Source of the DNA: a virus
Taxonomy: Duplodnaviria > Caudoviricetes
IMG/VR virus record: IMGVR_UViG_2758568506_000001
Coordinates: 7,710 to 71,709 of that record
Direction: 5' to 3' (one strand)
DNA length: 64,000 nucleotides
The notes beneath the pieces were generated by a model, which saw nothing but the letters and a program-made list of their open reading frames with translations, was not told the DNA's origin and searched no databases. Within the stretch, counting starts at the first letter, position 1, and each line of letters opens with the position of its first letter. Made by a program: the position numbers and the translations under genes. Positions 10,657 through 20,712 of this stretch are shown one piece after another.

Positions 10657-11358
10657 TTAGTTATTGGGTGTCCCATTAGCATCAGAAGCTTGCTTGTTTT
10701 GAGCAGTGTCATCGCTAGTAATCTGCCCCGTTATAAACTTAATCATTTTAGTAAAATTGAACCCTACTTCGTCTGAATAGAATTTTTCATAAAGCAGTAA
10801 ATCGCTTGGGCGTGAACTTGCGGATAGTGTTAAAGCATCATGTACCACGTTTTCATTTTCCGTGTCAGTGCCTAAATTCAATTCTCCCGGCGCAAAAATT
10901 CCGTACGGGAAAGCCACATATAAATCGATTCCTTTGTTTTTGTTAAAAGTGTGCGCAATCACGCCACCTTTTGTTGGATTTGACCTACCTTTACGAGCAT
11001 AACCACCTAATTCATCTTTAACTAAACCAGTTAATTGATCATAGATGACGTGCGGAATATCGTTAGCGCCCAAAGAAATAGATGGCTGTTCTGTACCACT
11101 ATTAACTTCAGCGATTGCATTCGAACCATAAACGCGAGTTACAGTTGGCGCAATACCAGTAATATTTGCTTGAGTAGCACCTTTTGATGAATCCAAATCA
11201 ATTTTAAATAACCCTGGTAATTCAGCGTGCGTAACTGGGTCAAAAACCTTACCTTTATCGCCATCATATGTAAATCCACCCTTAGAAGGGTCAGTTTTTA
11301 GTTTGTTGTCCTTGTCTAAAGTGAAAACGATAATATCGTCTAAACCTGTAACTTCCAT
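10657..11358 (-). CDS. Major tail protein (phi13-like family)
   Basis: 233 aa; position; GITG..YGSN, VAFPYGIF and LTLSA motifs. Confidence 0.85.
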   Translation of the reverse strand: MEVTGLDDIIVFTLDKDNKLKTDPSKGGFTYDGDKGKVFDPVTHAELPGLFKIDLDSSKGATQANITGIAPTVTRVYGSNAIAEVNSGTEQPSISLGANDIPHVIYDQLTGLVKDELGGYARKGRSNPTKGGVIAHTFNKNKGIDLYVAFPYGIFAPGELNLGTDTENENVVHDALTLSASSRPSDLLLYEKFYSDEVGFNFTKMIKFITGQITSDDTAQNKQASDANGTPNN

Positions 11359-11714
11359 TAATCTCTCCTTGTAAAAAATAAATCTATTTCAATCCGATTC
11401 TGGTCATCAACATAATGGCCAGAGTCGGAATTTCTTTGCCATTTTTGGCGTATAAAAAAAGACGTTATCGATTTTTCGAAAGCGTCCGCATCAACTGTAT
11501 TTGACGGATAACAGATTTTAACCTGTATCTGCTTAACTAATTGATTGTATACATTACTACCATGCTCTGTTGGCACCTGCATAACTTCAGATACTGCAAT
11601 TAGCGTCTTTTTCTCAACTAAAGAACTCGCTGGAATGTAAAAAGCATAAGCTCGACCCAAGTCAGCTATGCCTGCATTATTTAACTCAGCGGCTATAGTT
11701 CCAGCTAGTGTCAT
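11358..11714 (-). CDS. Tail terminator (DUF806-like)
   Basis: 118 aa before MTP; YGSN..QIQVKICY pattern (HGSNVYNQLVKQIQVKICY). Confidence 0.65.
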   Translation of the reverse strand: MTLAGTIAAELNNAGIADLGRAYAFYIPASSLVEKKTLIAVSEVMQVPTEHGSNVYNQLVKQIQVKICYPSNTVDADAFEKSITSFFIRQKWQRNSDSGHYVDDQNRIEIDLFFTRRD

Positions 11715-12190
11715 AAACCGGTCACCTTCTTAAACGCTTGTGCCTCAGCCTTTAAAACTTCAGACTTAGCGTCTAATTCAGCACCTTCCATAAAATGCAT
11801 ATTTTTAACTTCTTTGGGACTCATACCAGCTGTGCCGTTATTGACAAAGCGCGCAACCATAGCTTGATATTTACTATCAAAGCCAACTAAAGTATTACCA
11901 GAAGCCACCCCGTCAACACTTTTACCTGGAACAAAAGTTATAGACTCACGCAAATGCTTAGTTTTGCGCGGCTTTTTACCGTGCTTTGCGTTATTGTGCC
12001 CAGTAGAGCGTCCAAATTTATCATATTTTTCAGAACTCATTGGTGTCTTAACTTTTAATTTATCAGCAAAAACAGCTGCACCTGCACCTGTAACTTTACC
12101 TTTATCAGTAGCAGATAAATTGGTAACATTAACGACCGAGTTATACCAGTCCTCTAATTGTTTATCTAAGTCATCAGCCATTAGCATCAC
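11711..12190 (-). CDS. HK97 gp10-like neck/tail completion protein
   Basis: Position; KHLRESI, VARFVNNGT, MHFMEGA motifs. Confidence 0.75.
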   Translation of the reverse strand: MMLMADDLDKQLEDWYNSVVNVTNLSATDKGKVTGAGAAVFADKLKVKTPMSSEKYDKFGRSTGHNNAKHGKKPRKTKHLRESITFVPGKSVDGVASGNTLVGFDSKYQAMVARFVNNGTAGMSPKEVKNMHFMEGAELDAKSEVLKAEAQAFKKVTGL

Positions 12191-12527
12191 TTACCTTTCT
12201 AATCGTTATTAAATCGTAAGCAGTGGGGTTAGTATATGGGTCCTGATTTATGTTAATCACTTTATAAATGTGATTTTTAAACTGAGCATGAGTAATACCG
12301 GACCAATCATTTTTATGGTGTACCACAACAATTGTATTATCTGTTTGCTGAAGTCCTGCCATTTGAATCATTTGATTAGTAGTTAAACTCCATAACCCGC
12401 AGAGTGTAGGACTCCCACGTGATACAAAGTTACTAGTTGGTAAACCATTAATATCAGTATCTTGGTCATCAATAGTGCCGAATTTAATTGCTAGACTTAG
12501 TCTGTCCGGATTCTGAAGTTGAACCAT
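12174..12527 (-). CDS. Head closure / head-tail adaptor
   Basis: Position after the connector; start re-called at internal ATG (MVQLQNPDRL). Confidence 0.7.
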   Translation of the reverse strand: MVQLQNPDRLSLAIKFGTIDDQDTDINGLPTSNFVSRGSPTLCGLWSLTTNQMIQMAGLQQTDNTIVVVHHKNDWSGITHAQFKNHIYKVININQDPYTNPTAYDLITIRKVSDANG

Positions 12528-12840
12528 TATCCTCCTCGCTTTCGTCAAAACTGCCACGTAGTTGCCCAATAATAGCTTTTGCAGTCGTACTGCTAACAGC
12601 ATTTGATGGGTGGTTAAATAAATTAGCTGCTATTGCAAAACATGCCAATCGATATAGTGGCTCAATATCTTCACGTTTATAAAAATTCGTGCTATTACCA
12701 ATAGCTCCTTGCACATAAATTTCAGCCCCCAGTAGGGTAGATTTCATACGAGCCAGTGTCTGCTCGTCTAAAGCATCATCATCTGGTAAATAGCCTAGCG
12801 TACGCTTAAACTCGTCATCAACTTTTAAAAAGCTAATCAT
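12484..12840 (-). CDS. Head-tail connector (HK97 gp6-like)
   Basis: 118 aa helical protein directly after the MCP. Confidence 0.75.
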   Translation of the reverse strand: MISFLKVDDEFKRTLGYLPDDDALDEQTLARMKSTLLGAEIYVQGAIGNSTNFYKREDIEPLYRLACFAIAANLFNHPSNAVSSTTAKAIIGQLRGSFDESEEDNGSTSESGQTKSSN

Positions 12841-12842
12841 GA

Positions 12843-14072
12843 TTAAGCTTTAGCATCTGAAGTATTAGGCTTTTGATCGGCTACTGTCTTAAATGAAGCA
12901 GCTGCAAATGCGCCTTCATCAATCAATTCCACATCAAAGCGGTCAATGAAGCGGATTTTAGTCGTATCAGTTTCAAATGCTCCACCACCTATGTTAGTTG
13001 GTGTAATAGACATACTTTGACGGTCGTATAAAGTAATCCCTTGCTTTAAATCGCCAAAATATAGTGGGTGAGCCCCATTAACATCTGGTAACCACTTATC
13101 CGCTACCACAGTTACAGCGTGACCACCAATGCGGTAAGTTTCAGGATTTGTTACATCTTGTTGAATCATGTAGCGACCTTCAGCATCTTTCATTTTTGAA
13201 AGAATGTTAAAACCGGATTGATTAGTTACATAACTTGATGTAGCAATAATAGCAGGGTCTAACGTATTATTTTGTAAATCTTTAATATCATCAAACTTGG
13301 TAATTGTAGGCTTAGCAGGCACTTTACCCATAACAGCTAAGATTGCTTGATTACGCGTAACCACATCCTTTTTAGCAGCCCAATTTTCAAGCCAAGAAAT
13401 TATATTGGCGGAGGTATCTGCTAGCAAAGTATTAGTAGCAGTTGTGATACCGGCATAACGATGTATCACATACTTAACTAGTGTCAGTTTCGGTTCATCA
13501 ATATTACCAATTTGAGCTGTTTCATCATCTAAGTTGGCTAGTGGTGTAATATCTGAAAGCTTTTCGTAAACACGTGAGCCACGTGGTGTTGTTACTTTTT
13601 CGATGTTAACCAAGTTTGCCAAAGAAGCAAATTGACGCATCAAAGTATGGATTGCAGTTTGTACATCTTCTGGAATGGTCAAACCTGCATCTGTATCGTC
13701 ACCTGTAATTTTAGTACCGTCCGGCATTTTTCCAGAAGTAGCGATATTCTTTAAATCAGAAACAAATTTGTCAGTAATTTCCTTGGCTAATTCCTTGTCA
13801 CTCTTTTTCTTTTCAACAGGCTTTAAATCAGTTGGCTTTTCCGTTGCACGCGCATCTTCTAAGGTTTGTTTAGCAAAATCACGTGCATCAATTGCATCTT
13901 GATAATCTTTAGCAGCATTCTTCATTTTGTCTTTAAATACTGCTTTTTCATCGTCACTCATATTGGCAAATTTAGCGTTGTATTCCTCATTTAACGCAAT
14001 CTTTTTGTTCAATAAATCAGTGACTTTGTTGCCTTTGGCAATCCAGTCATCATGTAATTGGTTAATATCCAT
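12843..14072 (-). CDS. Major capsid protein, HK97 fold
   Basis: 409 aa; coiled-coil delta domain, GLTIPEDVQTAI, RFIDRFDV. Confidence 0.95.
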   Translation of the reverse strand: MDINQLHDDWIAKGNKVTDLLNKKIALNEEYNAKFANMSDDEKAVFKDKMKNAAKDYQDAIDARDFAKQTLEDARATEKPTDLKPVEKKKSDKELAKEITDKFVSDLKNIATSGKMPDGTKITGDDTDAGLTIPEDVQTAIHTLMRQFASLANLVNIEKVTTPRGSRVYEKLSDITPLANLDDETAQIGNIDEPKLTLVKYVIHRYAGITTATNTLLADTSANIISWLENWAAKKDVVTRNQAILAVMGKVPAKPTITKFDDIKDLQNNTLDPAIIATSSYVTNQSGFNILSKMKDAEGRYMIQQDVTNPETYRIGGHAVTVVADKWLPDVNGAHPLYFGDLKQGITLYDRQSMSITPTNIGGGAFETDTTKIRFIDRFDVELIDEGAFAAASFKTVADQKPNTSDAKA

Positions 14073-14089
14073 CTATTTTGATTCTCCTT

Positions 14090-14752
14090 TTATTCCCATA
14101 ATAAAAGAGCCAAGTTATCTTTAACCTGACTCTTTTTTGTACTATCTTTATGTATTAAATTTTTCATTTTCGGAATTAATTCCGGTTTGATTGGCAACTC
14201 ACCTTCGGCATTAGTCATTACTGGCTGGCTGTCAAACATAATATCATCAGCAAAGCCATTTTCGACTGCCGTTTTTGCATTCATCCAAGTTGTTTTGGAC
14301 ATTAGTGTGTAAATATCTTCTGGCGATTGTCCTGTTTTAGCTGAATATAAATCGACCAGCGACTTATCCATTTCACTCAATTGCATTAAAGAGCTGGACA
14401 AATCATCAACATTGCCCTCAGTGACCACAGAAGCCCTGTGAATCATCATCTGCGCCATTGGCGACATTTCTACCTTGTTAGCCGCTAAAGCTATCCATGA
14501 AGCCGCCGAACATGCTTGACCAACAATCTGTGCTGTGATGTTTCCTGAATACGATTTTAACGCAGTATAAATTTCCGCCCCAGCGGTCACATAACCACCA
14601 GGCGAATTGATTTCCAACACAATATCAGCACCATTGGCGTTGTTTAAGGCTTGTTTAACAGCTTTCGGTGACGAATAATCATAACCCCACCAATCGTAAA
14701 TTTCGGCATCATCATCAGACACCACCGTTCCTTTTATTGGTATTGTTTTCAT
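14090..14752 (-). CDS. ClpP-type prohead protease
   Basis: INSPGG, ACSAASWIA, MMIHRAS catalytic motifs. Confidence 0.95.
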   Translation of the reverse strand: MKTIPIKGTVVSDDDAEIYDWWGYDYSSPKAVKQALNNANGADIVLEINSPGGYVTAGAEIYTALKSYSGNITAQIVGQACSAASWIALAANKVEMSPMAQMMIHRASVVTEGNVDDLSSSLMQLSEMDKSLVDLYSAKTGQSPEDIYTLMSKTTWMNAKTAVENGFADDIMFDSQPVMTNAEGELPIKPELIPKMKNLIHKDSTKKSQVKDNLALLLWE

Positions 14753-15866
14753 CTATCTCACCTCCTTCATATTGTGGTAAATCTTGTGGGAAATAACCCG
14801 CACGTTGTAGCACGAATTGTGCTTGTGTAGGCGATAAGGCTCCGTCATTAACCATTTTAGAGATTCGTCCGGCAAAGCTATCTCCTACTGCATCAACTGC
14901 CGGACGCAAATCTGGTGTAACTGTGACATTTAATTTTTTATTAAACTCACTTACAATTGGTCCAACATAGCGCTTTAAAGCCTTGGCGTACTGGGCATTT
15001 TCTTGGTCAAGATTAGACTGTTGGTCACCAGTTCCATTTACATAGCTATCAGGAATCCCATAAACTTTCGCTATTTGTTTACTCGTCCAGTCAACTTGCG
15101 CCAATAATTTTGCTACATCGCCCTTGATTTCTAAAGGTTTGTATTCTTCTAAATCATCTAAAACAACTACTCTGCCATCACGAATCTGTTTCATAAAAGT
15201 ACGACCACGTGCTGCTTTTTTCTTTTCATCAAGCAAACCACCGCCTTTTACGCTTAAAACACCAGGCGAAGTAACAGATTGGCTTAGTGCATTTTTAGTC
15301 AAATCGTTAGATTTATTTTTTATAGCAAGTTCTTCCGTCAATGCCATAAGAGGCGAGTAACCTGTCAACCCAATTGAATCTCTAGACATTAGCCTAAAAT
15401 GAATCATATCGCCTTGCGGGACATTGGTCATCAAGCCGATATTTGGCTCATCAAAAGCAACATCATAAACTAGCCCTTGACCATTTAACTCTTTGTAAGT
15501 GGTAACCTGAGAGGGTCTAAGACCTTCCCAGTATAAATCTACCCCATTAGCATTTCGCCAGCGATAAGCGTACGCATTGCCGTCTAACAGTAGCTGTGCA
15601 AACATGCTCTGCCAAAAAGAGTAGCCGTTAGTTGAAACACTAGGACTTGCCAAAAAACGCTGCATCCGTGGTGACTTAATTTGAAACCTTACCAGTGCCA
15701 AATCAGCCGACAATTGAGAAATTAATGAATATAAGTCCGAATTAGCTAACGCTTGGTTGGCTGAAATATATTTTTCATTATTACCGCCAGTTAAATAATC
15801 TATAAAATCAGTGCTGTTTAAATCGACAGTTTGACGTTCTTTTTGATTAAAATTGAAAACCGGCAA
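14715..15866 (-). CDS. Portal protein, HK97 family
   Basis: 383 aa; LLLDGNAYAY, MIHFRL, IAKVYGIP. Confidence 0.95.
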   Translation of the reverse strand: MPVFNFNQKERQTVDLNSTDFIDYLTGGNNEKYISANQALANSDLYSLISQLSADLALVRFQIKSPRMQRFLASPSVSTNGYSFWQSMFAQLLLDGNAYAYRWRNANGVDLYWEGLRPSQVTTYKELNGQGLVYDVAFDEPNIGLMTNVPQGDMIHFRLMSRDSIGLTGYSPLMALTEELAIKNKSNDLTKNALSQSVTSPGVLSVKGGGLLDEKKKAARGRTFMKQIRDGRVVVLDDLEEYKPLEIKGDVAKLLAQVDWTSKQIAKVYGIPDSYVNGTGDQQSNLDQENAQYAKALKRYVGPIVSEFNKKLNVTVTPDLRPAVDAVGDSFAGRISKMVNDGALSPTQAQFVLQRAGYFPQDLPQYEGGEIDENNTNKRNGGV

Positions 15867-15868
15867 AA

Positions 15869-16072
15869 TTAATCACCTCCCTTCTTGTCCTGAGGTAGGT
15901 AATCGATAATAAAGCCGGTTACTAGTAATAAAATACCCAACACTACAAAACCGAGTGCCGAGTTAAACATAAAAGCACCGTATGCAATAGCACCAAACCC
16001 TAAAATAAATAATAATAAATCTATAAGTTGCCAAAGCAATTTGAAAAGTGTCTTAATCAGTATCGTAATCAC
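15869..16072 (-). CDS. Small membrane protein between terL and portal (DUF1056-like)
   Basis: 67 aa, two hydrophobic segments, conserved position. Confidence 0.6.
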   Translation of the reverse strand: MITILIKTLFKLLWQLIDLLLFILGFGAIAYGAFMFNSALGFVVLGILLLVTGFIIDYLPQDKKGGD

Positions 16073-17942
16073 CCCCTAACAGTCCAGATTCAGGATTTTC
16101 AAACCATGCTAATACTTGCTCTTGCGTCATACGCTCTACTTCAGTAGATTTGTCGTTAATCAACCCGTACTCTTCAAAATGGTCCATTGCTTTGTACATT
16201 GCGTCAATCAATGCGTCAACCACATCTATTTTTAACGTAGCTTTATCCTTATCGACCTGAATACCGATTTTATCTTCTTTAACAGAAGCATTTAGCAGAG
16301 CTTTTTCCATGATTGGGTCGTTAAAGCGCGTTATTTTTCCCGTAGCAAAACACTCCTGCAAAAACTTAGTAGGATTAGCCAGTTCACTTGTTCTTTGCGC
16401 TATATCTTGAATAAACCACCCTGTATTAGCATTTAAACTCTCTGTAATGTTTTTTACCTGATAGCTACCAAAACGGTCATATCCGAAAAATATCGGCTTT
16501 AGACGGTGTATTTCTACATAATCCAGTAACCATCTATATACTTGTTCTGGATTGATAATACCCTTTGCATGTGCGGTAATCGTGCAATATTCTGGCAACT
16601 CATGATAAGCAATTCCGTCTTGCTTTTCTTTTGCCTCAAGCGAGCCAGCCTGTTGCCACGGTATAAAACTATGTTGGGCTAAGTGCCAGCGTGGTTTACC
16701 GTCTTCATCTTGATAAGGAAAAACGAAGCCAATCGCTGTGTTATCCGAAAACATAGAGTAATCCAATCCAATATAAACGTCCCGTCCATCAATACTAAAG
16801 TTGTCATCAACCGCATCTTCTACATCTTTTAATTTTAAGTAGCTGGTGGTGGACTGCTTGAGCCACAAATTTAAATTTTTGTTTTCAAAATCAGATATAT
16901 TGCCGGTTAGCAGGTCATTGTCGCGCTTGTCTTTTAAGCCTGACATCAAATTGTCTTTTTGGTCTGCCAAATCTAGTAATGGATTGGATTTTATCCAAGT
17001 TTCTGGTTTGTAAGTTTCTTCTAAATCGTCTTGCGACCATATCAGTCCTAAATAGGAATCTGCTTCACGCTTAAAGTCTTGCTCCATTGCTTCCATAATC
17101 ATTTTTTCATCTTCATGAAATGGTACAGTGGGGTCTGGATAGGCAGTTGAAATCTGAACAAATTGGTGGTTTTTGACTTTTACTTGACCAGAAATGATTT
17201 TTGAAATCCGTTCGCGAGTTTTAATTTCGCCAATTTCATCAAAAATCGCTGTCCGGAAGTGATAAGAGTCGTACTGTCCTGCTTCATGCGAAATTGCACG
17301 CAAAATATTGTTGGTTTTCTTCTCAATGATTTGCTCTGATTGAAGTTCAAGCCCAGCCTCTTCGGCTAAAGACTTAAACGGCTCAATATCTATGATTTTG
17401 CGTAGCATCGACTTGATATAGCCAAAGATTTTCATTGTCTGTTTATAGTTAATTGAAGCAACCAGATAATCTTGATTTTCTAAGCTTAGCGACTCTATCA
17501 AGTAACTATAAGCAACTAATATAGCCATAAGGTAAGTTTTACCTTGACCACGCGCTACACTGACAATTACCCGTGTAAACCGCTTATCGTTATCTTTATC
17601 GCGCCAGCCAATCATCAAACAAAAAATAAATTTTTGCCAAGCCATTAATTTTGTCGGCTCCCCAGTGTCCACATTGGGAGAGATTGAAGCGAATTTAAGC
17701 AGCTTATTAGCTTCTTTTATATCGTAATGGTACGGGAAATCTTTTGTATCTTGTCTTTGTAAATCGCGTAAATGACGAAAACAAGCGAGCTTAATCATAT
17801 AGCCCGCTTGTATTTTTTTGTCTAGAACATCAAAGGCGTAGGTAGTGCCTGGATCACGATATTCATCTCTAATAGCTGACCACTCAATTGATTGATAAGC
17901 GCCATCCACATCATGAGTTTGTGTTAAATCAATCTTCATCAT
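16053..17942 (-). CDS. terL: Terminase large subunit (cos type)
   Basis: VARGQGKT Walker A, AIFDEI Walker B, IGLDYS nuclease, KIDVVDALIDA. Confidence 0.95.
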   Translation of the reverse strand: MMKIDLTQTHDVDGAYQSIEWSAIRDEYRDPGTTYAFDVLDKKIQAGYMIKLACFRHLRDLQRQDTKDFPYHYDIKEANKLLKFASISPNVDTGEPTKLMAWQKFIFCLMIGWRDKDNDKRFTRVIVSVARGQGKTYLMAILVAYSYLIESLSLENQDYLVASINYKQTMKIFGYIKSMLRKIIDIEPFKSLAEEAGLELQSEQIIEKKTNNILRAISHEAGQYDSYHFRTAIFDEIGEIKTRERISKIISGQVKVKNHQFVQISTAYPDPTVPFHEDEKMIMEAMEQDFKREADSYLGLIWSQDDLEETYKPETWIKSNPLLDLADQKDNLMSGLKDKRDNDLLTGNISDFENKNLNLWLKQSTTSYLKLKDVEDAVDDNFSIDGRDVYIGLDYSMFSDNTAIGFVFPYQDEDGKPRWHLAQHSFIPWQQAGSLEAKEKQDGIAYHELPEYCTITAHAKGIINPEQVYRWLLDYVEIHRLKPIFFGYDRFGSYQVKNITESLNANTGWFIQDIAQRTSELANPTKFLQECFATGKITRFNDPIMEKALLNASVKEDKIGIQVDKDKATLKIDVVDALIDAMYKAMDHFEEYGLINDKSTEVERMTQEQVLAWFENPESGLLGGDYDTD

Positions 17943-18062
17943 TGCCTACCTTAAAGATAGTTTTTAACAGCTTAATTTCAGCTTTAGAAAAACGAAAATT
18001 ATAGTTAGCATATTTACTCATGTCTAAATACCATTTACCATGGCCGTTTTTAAAATAAAACA

Positions 18063-18518
18063 TCATTTAAAAAACTCCTTAAGTTGGGCAGCGGTTGAAC
18101 GCTTATTATTATCTTCTTCCGGAGCTTTTAAATTAATTAACTCATTCCTTGATTTAGGACTTAGTCCTAATTCTTTGCCAATCATATTAATTTTGTTAAG
18201 TGCATCAGACATCATCTGTACTGACGGATTTTTAGCATATCCCGTAAAATCACGAGCTACAATTGTGCCGTCAAGAGGATTTAAAGCTGTTTTAAATTTC
18301 TTTTGCTGTAAACCGTCTTTCTTAACGCTTTTATATGCCTCTCTGAACACATCATAAGCACTGCAATACTGTGCAATCAAAAATTGGTCCGCTTTAATTA
18401 TACTTTTATTCTGATTGAAATAAGGAATAAGATATTGCCACATCTCTTTACCATATTTGCCTAAATATTCCGGTGGGCTTTTAGGCAACTTTGCCCGAGT
18501 TAAATCATCTTTTGCCAT
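18063..18518 (-). CDS. terS: Terminase small subunit, P27 family
   Basis: PPEYL..KEMW, KNPSV, KELGLSPKSR. Confidence 0.9.
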   Translation of the reverse strand: MAKDDLTRAKLPKSPPEYLGKYGKEMWQYLIPYFNQNKSIIKADQFLIAQYCSAYDVFREAYKSVKKDGLQQKKFKTALNPLDGTIVARDFTGYAKNPSVQMMSDALNKINMIGKELGLSPKSRNELINLKAPEEDNNKRSTAAQLKEFFK

Positions 18519-18571
18519 AGATAACCCCCCCTATCAAAAAGTTTTAAAAAAATAGTGGTGTCAAGAAAGCG

Positions 18572-18588
18572 GACACCACTTGTTGCGG
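18572..18588 (-). other. Candidate cos site CCGCAACAAGTGGTGTC
   Basis: Between HNH and terS, flanked by inverted repeats AGTGGTGTC/GACACCACT and CCCCGCC/GGCGGGG; resembles the S. thermophilus Sfi21 cos CCGCCACAAGGTGTC (from memory). Confidence 0.55.
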
Positions 18589-18624
18589 CTCCCCGCCTAA
18601 CAATATATGGCGGGGGGACAAAAA

Positions 18625-19161
18625 TTATTTTATCGTTTTTACTTTTTCACTTAACTCAGCAATCAATTTTAAATTTATTAGCGGTGGATTGCCTGTAGGT
18701 GTGTTGCCATAGCCAGTTCCATAATACTGTTCCTCAAAGCGAGTTTTCCAATAGTGACAATTTTTGCAACACGTCACTAAATTTTTTAAATCACGCATTT
18801 TTTCTGGGAACCTTTCGACCGGCAAAACATGGTCAACAATGTTTCCCTCTCGAATCACACCACGTGCTTTGCAATACTGACACAAGTGATAGTCACGGTT
18901 TAGTATTATCTGCCTAAAGTCTTTCCATTGCTTAGAGTGATAGAACTTATTTTGTTCAGCCTTAATTGGATTGCGATAGCGTGTTATGTGATTGTACTTC
19001 CATTGTTGTTTCTTTGATTGTCTTGTCGGAAACTTATGCGCGTATTTTTCACGTTCTTGTTGGTATTCTATTTCATGTGAAATATGATTCGAACAATAAT
19101 GATTTGGCACGAACGCCGGAGCTTTGCAACCATGCACACGACACTTTCTAATTCTTGGCAT
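18625..19161 (-). CDS. Terminase-associated HNH endonuclease
   Basis: CQYC..VDHV..NLVTCCKNCHYWKT; upstream of terS. Confidence 0.9.
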   Translation of the reverse strand: MPRIRKCRVHGCKAPAFVPNHYCSNHISHEIEYQQEREKYAHKFPTRQSKKQQWKYNHITRYRNPIKAEQNKFYHSKQWKDFRQIILNRDYHLCQYCKARGVIREGNIVDHVLPVERFPEKMRDLKNLVTCCKNCHYWKTRFEEQYYGTGYGNTPTGNPPLINLKLIAELSEKVKTIK

Positions 19162-19311
19162 CTTCCAGCACTTCCACGGTTGCTTTTAAAACAGCTCTGA
19201 TAACAATTAAAATCCACTTCAAAATCTCTGTTAGCCCCCACAAATTTAGCATTGCTCCCGTGATTGGCCAGATGTTACTGCTTAAATTATTCCATAAATT
19301 GTTAAACATGA

Positions 19312-19635
19312 TTATCTCCTTTTGTACCAGTAAGTTTTAACATCATATTTGTCATAGGCACTAATAATCTTTTGCAATACGATTTCAATTAGTTTGTCTA
19401 GATTATCCCATTTACCTATTGCATAAATTTCTTTATCCCTATTAGACACAATTTTACCCAAACATGCGAGATTGTAGTCTGTATATCCATCATCTGTAAC
19501 CTTGCAATTATTTCCATCTGCATAGCCTATTACATAGAGTTCCATCGAATCACTGAATGGATCTAATGCGTCAATTGCTACTTTCCACGTGTTCTTCTTG
19601 ATTCTAGTCATTGCATACTGCATTTTGTGCCTCAT
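19312..19635 (-). CDS. Hypothetical protein, DUF1828-like
   Basis: DPFSDSMELYV..VTDDGYT..L..LG pattern. Confidence 0.45.
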   Translation of the reverse strand: MRHKMQYAMTRIKKNTWKVAIDALDPFSDSMELYVIGYADGNNCKVTDDGYTDYNLACLGKIVSNRDKEIYAIGKWDNLDKLIEIVLQKIISAYDKYDVKTYWYKRR

Positions 19636-20341
19636 TAATTCTATTTTTTGCTATTTCAAAATATTCCTCGTCTAACTCCATACCAATAAAATCTCTGCCT
19701 GTTTCTACACATGCAACACCTGTTGAACCCGAACCCATAGTATTATCAAGAACAACGCCACCGTTATTAGTATATGTTTTAATTAAATATTTTAATAAAG
19801 CAACAGGTTTCTGTGTTGGGTGCATACCCTTACGACTTATGCTTTTAAAATCAATTACATCAATGGGATATCTATCTCCTGATGATTTACTGCCTTTATA
19901 TTTTTTAGCTGATTTAGCGCTGATTTTATAGTTAGTACTAGTTGTTGGATTATTTTTTATACAGTATGGTTTAAAACCTAATCGCATTTGAGGATTGTAT
20001 ATTGGCAAATGTTTATAAAAAATAGAAATGTTTTCATGTTTTCTTAAAGGCATTTTATGAGATTGAAGAAAGCCAACTGCTTTTGATTTAACCCATATCC
20101 AATCATAGCGATACATTTTTTCATTACTCATTCTCAATTTACTGCTAAAAGGCTCTTGACCAAACAAGGCTATACAACCGTTATCCTTAATTATCCGATT
20201 ATACTGAGACCACAACTTATCAAAAGGAATTACAGTGTCCCAAGCATTATCTGTGATACCGTACGGTAAATCAGCCAAAATCATATCAATAGATTTATTT
20301 TCAATATCTTTCATTAACTCAAGGCAATTGCCTTGTTCCAA
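19604..20341 (-). CDS. Orphan DNA methyltransferase (N4-C/N6-A, beta group)
   Basis: DLPYG catalytic motif; HPTQKP; LDNTMGSGSTG SAM-binding motif. Confidence 0.9.
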   Translation of the reverse strand: MEQGNCLELMKDIENKSIDMILADLPYGITDNAWDTVIPFDKLWSQYNRIIKDNGCIALFGQEPFSSKLRMSNEKMYRYDWIWVKSKAVGFLQSHKMPLRKHENISIFYKHLPIYNPQMRLGFKPYCIKNNPTTSTNYKISAKSAKKYKGSKSSGDRYPIDVIDFKSISRKGMHPTQKPVALLKYLIKTYTNNGGVVLDNTMGSGSTGVACVETGRDFIGMELDEEYFEIAKNRINEAQNAVCND

Positions 20342-20366
20342 CTTAATTATAAAAATTCACCCCATT

Positions 20367-20393
20367 AAAAAAGACAGCTTAAAGCTGTCTTTT
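20367..20393. terminator. Bidirectional intrinsic terminator
   Basis: AAAAGACAGCTT/AAGCTGTCTTTT hairpin with A/T tails. Confidence 0.7.
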
Positions 20394-20501
20394 ATTTTTT
20401 ATTAACATAAAACAAAAACCTCATATCATTGCCATAATACAAGATACAAGGCTCTGTTAGTTCGACACCTACTCCTCGGGCCCTTCGAACTTGATCCTTA
20501 A

Positions 20502-20583
20502 GTGGAGTGTCAGGATTCGAACCTGAAGTCATTGACAGATAGCTACAAACATACAGTTTCTGCAATTAATCCACTACACTCCA
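20502..20583 (-). tRNA. Degenerate tRNA-like element (possibly Tyr-GTA pseudogene)
   Basis: Perfect 7-bp acceptor stem TGGAGTG/CACTCCA and T-arm TCAGG-TTCGAAT-CCTGA; D and anticodon arms irregular; no CCA. Confidence 0.4.
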
Positions 20584-20712
20584 TAATGCAATACGTTCTG
20601 GGTATACGTATTGCTATCACACAATCAGGAATCGAACCCAATTATGTTTACTACCGAAGTCCGCTCGCCAAGTGCTAACTCTCAAAAACACTTTATGGGT
20701 CGTCGCAGACTA

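Noticed and set aside
20456-20495. Further TTCGA sequences as T-loops
   Set aside because: No flanking stem of adequate length
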